A stretch of DNA of 25,587 nucleotides, from IMG/VR virus record IMGVR_UViG_3300017754_000922, positions 1 to 25,587 of that record; one strand, written 5' to 3'. Every line of letters starts with the position of its first letter. Position 1 is the stretch's first letter. A program made the translations under genes and the position numbers. This document shows, piece by piece, positions 19,501-25,587 of this stretch. The DNA comes from a virus (taxonomy: Duplodnaviria > Caudoviricetes). The notes below the pieces were generated by a model. That model did not search any database and was not told the DNA's origin. It worked only from the letters and a program-made list of their open reading frames with translations.

Positions 19501-21271
19501 TAGGTCTTTTGTAGCTTATGCTAATGAATATATCAGAGGTGTATATGTAGAATCTGAAATCAATACAGCATTAAGACAAGAAACTAATAATGAGTGTGGA
19601 ACTTATTATAAAGAAAATAGACCTATAGTACAACATTATAGAGATAAGATAATGTTCTTTAATTATGATGAAGAAAAATGGGTTCCTAAAGCTGCACCAT
19701 GTCCTGAACCTTATCATTATAATGTAGACTTTTCTAGAATGGCTAAAGAGAAAATTTATTTTCCTTTACTTAGATCTTATGATTGTTGTTCAGAATGTTT
19801 AGAAAGTTTTCCAACAAGAGTATATTACTCTGAACAAAGTTTTTCAGAAGAAAATGGAGATAACTTTAGAGTTATCCTTTCTAACAACTATAGAGATATA
19901 GAAGCTGAACATGGTTCTATAACTGACTTAGTTAGAAAGAATAATAGTTTATTTATACTTACTGAAGAATGTTTATGGTACTTACCACAAAATGTACAAC
20001 AATCAGTAGTTAGTGATATAGTTACCTTTTTGGGAACTGGTAGTTATTTCTCTATACCTCCTAGAAAGGTAGTAGATTCTGATATGGGTAGTGCAGGTAC
20101 TAGACATAAATGGTCAGTAGTTAAAACTCCAATAGGTATAGTATATATATCTGAAATAGAAAAAGCAGTTTATATTACAGCAGGAGAAGGATTGCAAAAG
20201 ATTTCTAATCAAGGAATGTATAATTGGTTTTTTGAAAATGTAGAATCTTATTTAGGTAATCAGTTTTTACAATTAACTGGTCAAGAGTTTCCATATTTGA
20301 ATAACCCTAATAATCCTAATGCTGTAGGTATCCATAGTGTATATGACCCTAGACATCAAAGAATACTTATAACTAAAAGAGATTATAAACTTTTACCTCC
20401 TTATTCTGAAAGTATTACAATTGTAACTGATCCATTATTTACAGGATATGTAGAAGATCAAATATATTACATTGAGTTTTTAGAATTGTTTGCTGTTGGA
20501 GATGATGAAGGTGGAGCAACTCCTATATTCTTTACTAATGAAGAATACTTTGAGAACAAATCATTTACAATAAGTTTTTCACTATTGTCAAATACATGGG
20601 TATCATTCCATTCTTATTTACCATTATTTTATTATAGTGACCAACATAATTTTTATTCTTCTGTAGGTACTACTAACTTATATAAACATAATATAATAGG
20701 TAACCATCAAAAGTTTTATGGTGTAGATTATCCATATATTCTTGAAACAGTATCTGTATCTAATCCATTAACTACAAGACTATGGGAAGATATTACATTA
20801 GAAACTTATGCAAGAACTTGGGATGCTATCAATAAAGATTACTATGATGTAAGATGGAAAACATTTAATTATGTTACACTATATAATAGTAGACAAACTA
20901 CAGGTGAATTAGAGATGATTGTTAAAGATACTCAAGCTGATCCTGAAGATTATTATAAGCAACAAACTACTAACTCTAATACATCTATTGTAGTAGATAG
21001 AAAAGAAAGAGATTGGCATGTAAATGATTTTAGAGATATGAGAATTGATTATACAATTCCTATGTTTACTAAAGACTGGACTGCTTTAGCACCTGAGTAT
21101 CCTATTGATAAAGTAATTAATCCTGCAGTTATTGACATAGATAAAGACTGGTCTGATCAAGAAAGTTTCAGAGATAAATATTTAATTATAAGACTCAGAT
21201 TTGCTAACTTTGAAGAAGTAGAATTGACTACAAACTTTGTTATTGAAACTGAACAACAATCTTTCAGATAA
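16538..21271 (+). CDS. Tail stabilisation / muzzle protein (P22 gp10-like)
   Basis: 1577 aa, TAATG overlaps at both ends. KGM..D...QP..SY.YALNAV, IYFTDG.NP.R.IN, GEVY.FGI, RHH.FP and TISFS....W.SFHSY.P motifs typical of crAss-like muzzle proteins. Confidence 0.85.
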   Translation: MDKNTNRPHKGMLQDNNPVDQPKESYRYALNAVNETNDGNRTLLSNEKSNELCWSLPAGYLPIGQVYTVNNEVVIFSTDGIDSEIGIVRDCIYESIVSSSCFNFTVQYQIDAIYRLRNGCERVIYFTDGYNPVRQINLDKLSFYYTDAYKAWLENPVGPWVGEKYNCDLFAIIPPYQIPCFSEAQVINGGKLLSGSYNFAIQYLDSDFNPTPWITVSRPINIYTDSINIGYLNIDGSSNIESDALGGTAIPSNKAIQLTLTNLDENFTYYRIAAIQATSFNGTVTSVIASDTVPISQITFIFDGNPSSYTEISINDIYPSRLNLEYAQHIEQLENRLILANTKGKQVNFCEFQKYASKIASHYIIKDVEDTNVRAEGNPKNPLSPFECVGFMGGEVYAFGIVYVFKDGFESPAYHIPGPPVNKRWDWNTNTCKDVVTDYGKLRDNRDITSWNTNIEHIVPQSLAGLYDAGAILPYVQRWRVNETAIATSPGVEGHMAFWECSTSMYDKRESCLDEDYWGVDFCGDPLEGTKVRHHRFPSRTLEPHVNNNGGINTFYNIVAKVKLISGPWPDPGNPVDLYTDYLLNAIPQTTVISPINESDLDPTTLEYTFTVATELANAPMLITNIVCNLDPASLCVAYSSNFEVTYTVEFAYQTSYNYSSLKLLGVQFDNIEYPHPDIVGHYFVRAERDEFNRTILDSAIGNKMREVNTDSFNYITFSYFTQENTDGSYHNYFFAPKFMYQRQDLSPQYIKSELLFDANSVSLGDIIEDAVGNWVVDVDTVVEYRIQNYSGTSNAACGNNHTPLAFMTLNGASYDDNFTPGRRVYNNSLVNNIQVGRLGSQLPINPSEQRDLPYVTYRVERDVHCNLDGIKYYKMHNCMIENEVSPRLFAGDVYITQLKLSNTLFREFFDGPEDMIVNALGLFAIAVSTILTLVTFGAATPLLIGVVVLYSIGITAIGITALVQAMKESDLDQTVTDPELDGIDTYYRSFVAYANEYIRGVYVESEINTALRQETNNECGTYYKENRPIVQHYRDKIMFFNYDEEKWVPKAAPCPEPYHYNVDFSRMAKEKIYFPLLRSYDCCSECLESFPTRVYYSEQSFSEENGDNFRVILSNNYRDIEAEHGSITDLVRKNNSLFILTEECLWYLPQNVQQSVVSDIVTFLGTGSYFSIPPRKVVDSDMGSAGTRHKWSVVKTPIGIVYISEIEKAVYITAGEGLQKISNQGMYNWFFENVESYLGNQFLQLTGQEFPYLNNPNNPNAVGIHSVYDPRHQRILITKRDYKLLPPYSESITIVTDPLFTGYVEDQIYYIEFLELFAVGDDEGGATPIFFTNEEYFENKSFTISFSLLSNTWVSFHSYLPLFYYSDQHNFYSSVGTTNLYKHNIIGNHQKFYGVDYPYILETVSVSNPLTTRLWEDITLETYARTWDAINKDYYDVRWKTFNYVTLYNSRQTTGELEMIVKDTQADPEDYYKQQTTNSNTSIVVDRKERDWHVNDFRDMRIDYTIPMFTKDWTALAPEYPIDKVINPAVIDIDKDWSDQESFRDKYLIIRLRFANFEEVELTTNFVIETEQQSFR
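19394..19423 (+). repeat. Perfect 15-bp tandem duplication (IGITA-IGITA)
   Basis: ATAGGTATTACTGCA at 19394-19408 and 19409-19423, inside the hydrophobic segment of the muzzle protein. Confidence 0.9.
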
Positions 21272-24200
21272 TGGCTAAAAGAAAAAAATATAAAAATGGT
21301 GGAAATGTAAATCCAACAGATCCATCAATAGATTTTTTAAAACAAATGATAAATAGTCCTTTGTTTAATGAAAGATATGCTAGTATGGTAAATAAACCTA
21401 TGAGTGATATAGGTGATGAAGCAAGTAAGTATAGAGAATTTTTAAACAATAATTTAAATACAGTTAAGATTGGAGATTGGGAAAATTCTAACAAAGGAAA
21501 TTGGAATGGATTATATAATCTTCAATATAGTGATGATGAAAAAAATACATTAAATAATAAGTTACAATCTTATCAAAAACAAAAACAAGATTTTATATCT
21601 AATCATGGATTAAGTAATATAAATACTAATTCATATCTTAAAGATGAACTTAAAGGTTTTTCTCAAAAAATAAATAATTATAAAAATAAATTAGATAATC
21701 CTCATACTGTATTTATAAATCAAAATCAAGATTTACCAGCAACAAAAATACATGAGTTATCACATGCATCTACAATAGGTCATAAAGGATTAAACACTAA
21801 TAATAAGTTTAATATAGATCTTAATAATATACCTGATAATTTTAAACAAATATATTCTGATAAAGAATATTATGAAAATCCTACAGAAATAAAAGCAAGA
21901 GTAGATGCTGTTAGGAAATGGATGATGGATAATAAACTATATGATCCAGTTAATGAAAAATTTGAAAAAAAACATTATGATGAGTTAAAAAAATATTCGC
22001 CTTCTTCTCCTATTTATGATACAAATAAAGAGAATGGATTTCAATCACAAATGCAAGATTTAATGATTCCATTTAAAGAAGAAGATGTAATTAAAATGTT
22101 TAATTCTTTTGTTAAAAATGATAATCTTTCTTCAGTTCAAACTGCAGCTTTAGGCGGTAAAATAACTAACAATATGAAAAAGAAAAAAAATAAAAAATTA
22201 TCTATAGATAATGGATTACCTAAATATCTTCCTGGTGGATTTATTAATGCATTACCAGTTATTGGTGCTTCTGTAAATGAAGTAAATAAATTATTTGGAT
22301 TACCTGTATCTAATATGTCATCAGATAATAATAGTAGTGCAAATGGATTAAGTAAAGCTGCAGAAGGATTAGCAGAAGCTGCTAAAGGATCAAGTACAGC
22401 TAATGCTTCAGGTGCTGGAGGAGGATTAGGTTCTTTAGGTAAAGGAGCAGGTAAAGGATTACAATCTTTAGGAAGTAAAGCTGCAGGTTCATTACAAGGA
22501 AATTTAGGTAACTCAAGTAATTTAGCATCAGGGATGGGAGCTTTATCTCCATTAATTGGAGCAACTGGAAAAGCAGTTTCTGAAATGGTTAATTCATTTA
22601 TTGAACCTGAAGAAAATTATAGAACTACACTTAGAAATATAGGAGCTCATTATGCTAATGGTGGTAAGATAAATATTAAACCATCTAAGAGAGGTACATT
22701 TACTGCAGCTGCAACAAAGAGAGGTAAAGGTGTTCAAGAGTTTGCTAGACAAGTATTAGCTAATAAAGATAACTATTCTCCTGCTATGGTTAAAAAAGCT
22801 AACTTTGCTAGAAATGCAGCTAAGTGGAAAAAAGCTATGGGAGGTTTAGTAGAACCTGAGATATTTGAAATGGGTGGTAATATTACTCCTGTAAATATGG
22901 GAAATTCTACATCTCTTGATTCTGATATGATGGAAGGTAAAGTTCCTTCTAAAAAAGAATTGATGAATTATTTAAGAAATTTTTCTGATGAATCTCTTCA
23001 GCAAAGATTAAATAAATCTTTACAAAAACAAAACTTTAATAGTAACTTAAAAGGTACATCATCTGGTAAAAACAATATTGGATTAAATTATAAAGCAGGT
23101 CCTTTTACTCAATCAACAAGTATAACTAATGATCGTAGATTAGCTCCTATTGATAAGTTTACATTTGCTAGTGATAACCCTACTAATTCACAATTAAATC
23201 TCAATACAAGGTTAGGATATAAAGATAAGTATGGATTTAAAGGTAGTGCAGATTATTCAAATTCTACAGCTAAAGATAACCCTAATGCAAAATTTAATCT
23301 TGGATTTAATAAATATGGATTTACTGGTGATTATAATTATAATTATGATAGAGATAATCCCAATTTTAATTTTGGTGGAGGCTATTCAGGTAATGGAGTT
23401 GATGCAAATTTTAAAGCATCAAAAAGTAAAGATACTCCTTATGATTATGATACTAATATTAATTATGATAATAATGGTATAACAGGAAACTTTGGATTTA
23501 CTGGTAACAAAACTAATCCTAATTATAACTTTGGATTAGGTTATACCAATAATGGATTTAGTGGTAATTTTGCAGCATCAAAAAGTAATGAAGATCCTTT
23601 TAATTATGAAGCTAGTTTAGGTTATGATAATAATGGTGTAACTACTGGAGTTAAATTTACTGGAAACAAACTTGATCCTAAGTATAATTATAATTTTAAT
23701 TACTCTCCAGAAAAAGGAGGATTTGGTACTAATACAAATATTGATTTTAGTAAAGATAATATTGATGCTGAATTAGGACTTAATTATAAAAATAAAAAAT
23801 TTAATACTGGTGTAAATTATAAAACATCTGTTAATCCTGAAGAAGAAACTCAAACAAATAGTTTAGATGCTAGACTTGGGTATAGAGGTAAAAACTTTAA
23901 TGCTGGGGTTGATTATGAAAGACAATTTGCAACAGAAGGAAATCCTGCTACAAATAAAGTAGGTGTTAATGTTGGATATAATAAAAATGGTTTTGGTGTT
24001 AATGCTGGAGTTAATTATAAAACTTTAAGTGAAGCTCAAAAAGAAATGGATAAAGCATCACCATTTGAAGTTAAAGCAGGAGTAACATATACTCCTAAAC
24101 GTAAGGCAAAAGAAAAAACTACACCTTGGAAATTGCCTTCAGAATTAATTAAAAAAGTTGAGCCTATGAAACCATTAATAAATGAAAAACAATTAAGTAA

Positions 24201-25587
24201 AAAACAAAAAGCTATTAATGACCTTAATAAAGCAATTGCTTTATCTAAAGAATTAAAACTTAAAGCATATGGTGGATACATGGATGCATTTGATGCTATG
24301 GCATTAGGTGGGGTAACTAATAATAATCCTACATTTCCACCACTAAGAGCAACTGCATCTGATAGCTTAGATGTATATAAATCAGCAATTGATTTTGAAA
24401 ATAAAATGAAAGGTTTAGGTTATGAAAAACAAGGTACCTTTGATATGTTTGATGCTTATAATCAATTTATAGATACTGATGAATTTGGATTAACTAATGG
24501 AAAACTTAAAGTTAAATCACCTGATAGAAAATTAGAACAAGTTAAATTAACAGGAACTGCAGCAGCTAAAAATCCTAACAAACAAGTTAAAGATGTAGGA
24601 GATTTTTATTCTAATAAAAAAGTTAATGATTATAAGTATAATGTAGCTGAGTTACTTTCTCCTTTAGGTTATAATACAGATCTTCCTTATCAAGTATTAG
24701 ATGAAAGAATAGCTCCTCAAGGAGCTGCAAAATATACTTTAAGTAATCCACTTAACCCTAAAGCTGAAGATGCTGCAATAATGTTAAACTATGACCCAAT
24801 TGCAGTTAAACCATATGCAATGAGAACTCCTGCTGAACAAGCTGAGTATGAAAAAAGATATGGTAAACTTCAACCTGCTGTTAATGTTTCACCAACAAGT
24901 AATGTAGTACCTGTATCTGACCTTAGACCTGGTGCTAAAAAATATTTTGAAAATTATAGAAAAGAAGGTAACCCTGAATTAGCAGATAGAGATGAAGCTT
25001 TATATAGAAAAATTTTAAGATCAGGAGTTGTAACTGGTGAAGAAGCTGTTAACTTAGGAGTTCCTGGAGTTCTTCAAAGATTTGGATCTCAAAAAGCTAT
25101 GGGTGGAATGATAGATCCTTTAATGGCATTTGGTGGTATGATAGACCCATCAATGTATATGGAACAAATGATGTATGGTTCTTATGCTGGTGGTGGACAA
25201 GTTCCTCAAAACATTCCTGTTGAAGTAGAAGGTGAAGAAATGTATGAATTACCTAATGGACAAACAGGAGAGTTTCAAGGTCCTAAACATGAAAATGGAG
25301 GAATACCTATTGCTCTTCCTGAAGGTACTAAAATCTATTCTGACAGATTAAAAGTAGATGGTAAAACTATGGCTCAAAGAAAAGAAAAAAGAGATAACAA
25401 TATTAAGAAGTTAGAAAAGCTTCTTACTAAAAATCCTAGTGATAGGTTTATAAAAGAAGCAATTAAAAGACAACAAGAAACTGCATCTTTAGAAGAGCAA
25501 GGTGATATGCAAATGCAAGAGCAAGCTAATCAACAACAAGCTATGCAAGAGCAGATGATGGAAGAAATGTTAATGGGTGCTGCACAA
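21271..25587 (+). CDS. Giant multidomain cargo/ejection protein, at least 1439 aa, 3'-truncated by the window (missing from the ORF track)
   Basis: ATG21271 overlaps the muzzle TAA. Hand translation (MAKRKKYKNGGNVNP...EEMLMGAAQ) finds no stop to the window end. Contains HELSH, a beta-barrel-like region and an EVEGEE/HENGG domain. Position after the muzzle gene equals that of crAss cargo protein genes. Confidence 0.88.
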   Translation, partial: MAKRKKYKNGGNVNPTDPSIDFLKQMINSPLFNERYASMVNKPMSDIGDEASKYREFLNNNLNTVKIGDWENSNKGNWNGLYNLQYSDDEKNTLNNKLQSYQKQKQDFISNHGLSNINTNSYLKDELKGFSQKINNYKNKLDNPHTVFINQNQDLPATKIHELSHASTIGHKGLNTNNKFNIDLNNIPDNFKQIYSDKEYYENPTEIKARVDAVRKWMMDNKLYDPVNEKFEKKHYDELKKYSPSSPIYDTNKENGFQSQMQDLMIPFKEEDVIKMFNSFVKNDNLSSVQTAALGGKITNNMKKKKNKKLSIDNGLPKYLPGGFINALPVIGASVNEVNKLFGLPVSNMSSDNNSSANGLSKAAEGLAEAAKGSSTANASGAGGGLGSLGKGAGKGLQSLGSKAAGSLQGNLGNSSNLASGMGALSPLIGATGKAVSEMVNSFIEPEENYRTTLRNIGAHYANGGKINIKPSKRGTFTAAATKRGKGVQEFARQVLANKDNYSPAMVKKANFARNAAKWKKAMGGLVEPEIFEMGGNITPVNMGNSTSLDSDMMEGKVPSKKELMNYLRNFSDESLQQRLNKSLQKQNFNSNLKGTSSGKNNIGLNYKAGPFTQSTSITNDRRLAPIDKFTFASDNPTNSQLNLNTRLGYKDKYGFKGSADYSNSTAKDNPNAKFNLGFNKYGFTGDYNYNYDRDNPNFNFGGGYSGNGVDANFKASKSKDTPYDYDTNINYDNNGITGNFGFTGNKTNPNYNFGLGYTNNGFSGNFAASKSNEDPFNYEASLGYDNNGVTTGVKFTGNKLDPKYNYNFNYSPEKGGFGTNTNIDFSKDNIDAELGLNYKNKKFNTGVNYKTSVNPEEETQTNSLDARLGYRGKNFNAGVDYERQFATEGNPATNKVGVNVGYNKNGFGVNAGVNYKTLSEAQKEMDKASPFEVKAGVTYTPKRKAKEKTTPWKLPSELIKKVEPMKPLINEKQLSKKQKAINDLNKAIALSKELKLKAYGGYMDAFDAMALGGVTNNNPTFPPLRATASDSLDVYKSAIDFENKMKGLGYEKQGTFDMFDAYNQFIDTDEFGLTNGKLKVKSPDRKLEQVKLTGTAAAKNPNKQVKDVGDFYSNKKVNDYKYNVAELLSPLGYNTDLPYQVLDERIAPQGAAKYTLSNPLNPKAEDAAIMLNYDPIAVKPYAMRTPAEQAEYEKRYGKLQPAVNVSPTSNVVPVSDLRPGAKKYFENYRKEGNPELADRDEALYRKILRSGVVTGEEAVNLGVPGVLQRFGSQKAMGGMIDPLMAFGGMIDPSMYMEQMMYGSYAGGGQVPQNIPVEVEGEEMYELPNGQTGEFQGPKHENGGIPIALPEGTKIYSDRLKVDGKTMAQRKEKRDNNIKKLEKLLTKNPSDRFIKEAIKRQQETASLEEQGDMQMQEQANQQQAMQEQMMEEMLMGAAQ
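23356..23673 (+). repeat. Two diverged 159-bp (53-aa) tandem repeats in the beta-rich domain, plus the start of a third
   Basis: NPNFNFGGGY...ASKS...YDNNG...FTGNK at 23356 and NPNYNFGLGY...ASKS...YDNNG...FTGNK at 23515; DPKYNY at 23674. GCATCAAAAAGTAA occurs at 23416 and 23575. Confidence 0.85.
25093..25149 (+). repeat. 30-bp (10-aa) tandem duplication of a GG motif
   Basis: KAMGGMIDPL / MAFGGMIDP; GGTGGAATGATAGATCC at 25102 and GGTGGTATGATAGACCC at 25132. Confidence 0.8.

Larger units (their letters stand above)
1..25587 (+). mobile_element. Segment of a crAss-like (Crassvirales-type) phage genome: head-tail structural module
   Basis: Co-oriented, tightly packed genes. The order portal, scaffold-like, MCP, conserved gene, ring, auxiliary capsid, then ring, HU/IHF-like, tail tubular, giant tail stabilisation protein, cargo matches the conserved crAss-like capsid/tail block. 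No host housekeeping genes are present. Confidence 0.88.

Noticed and set aside
1833-21271. Introns, inteins or tRNA genes in the structural genes or gaps
   Set aside because: Reading frames are continuous with no evident intein or homing-endonuclease motifs. Intergenic gaps are short, AT-rich and show no cloverleaf.
23231-23482. 83-aa Ile/Met-rich + ORF
   Set aside because: Off-frame shadow of the AAT/TAT/GAT-rich beta-barrel region of the 21271 ORF.
328-24281. Short minus-strand ORFs (328, 775, 1601, 1997, 2712, 3827, 9122, 11304, 14823, 21264, 24036)
   Set aside because: All lie antisense to long, well-supported + strand genes and have shadow-like composition.
1-25587. Stop-codon reassignment (TAG or TGA), known in some crAss-like lineages
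   Set aside because: Genes up to 4.7 kb are uninterrupted in the standard code and tile the window. TGA (7559, 11676, 14321, 15537) and TAG (9699) end genes at normal overlaps with the next start.

Overview
This window is the virion-morphogenesis module of a crAss-like (Crassvirales-type) podophage of a Bacteroidota host. All genes are on the + strand, AT-rich, in the standard genetic code, with A-rich starts that lack Shine-Dalgarno motifs. Gene order: portal C-terminus (open at the left edge), acidic scaffold-like protein, major capsid protein, conserved post-capsid gene, ring protein, auxiliary capsid protein, Cys-rich hub/fibre proteins (one with SprB-like repeats), two small membrane proteins, a mosaic cassette of fibre/lectin-like proteins, a calcineurin-like phosphoesterase, a PD-(D/E)XK nuclease, ring protein, HU/IHF-like protein, tail tubular/ring protein and a 1577-aa tail stabilisation (muzzle) protein. 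The ORF track misses a final gene because it has no stop in the window: an ORF of at least 1439 aa from 21271 to the right edge, in the position of crAss cargo/ejection proteins. Translated by hand it has no cysteine and reads as a string of unrelated modules: a zincin protease, a Gly/Ala-rich membrane-like segment, a 55-aa basic domain, a porin-like beta-barrel, an unknown domain and an EVEGEE/HENGG domain. Eleven x-(A/E/K/L)-x-G-G motifs sit at the N-terminus and the module junctions, suggesting a processed, injected polyprotein. Family calls rest on motifs, synteny and recall, not on database searches.
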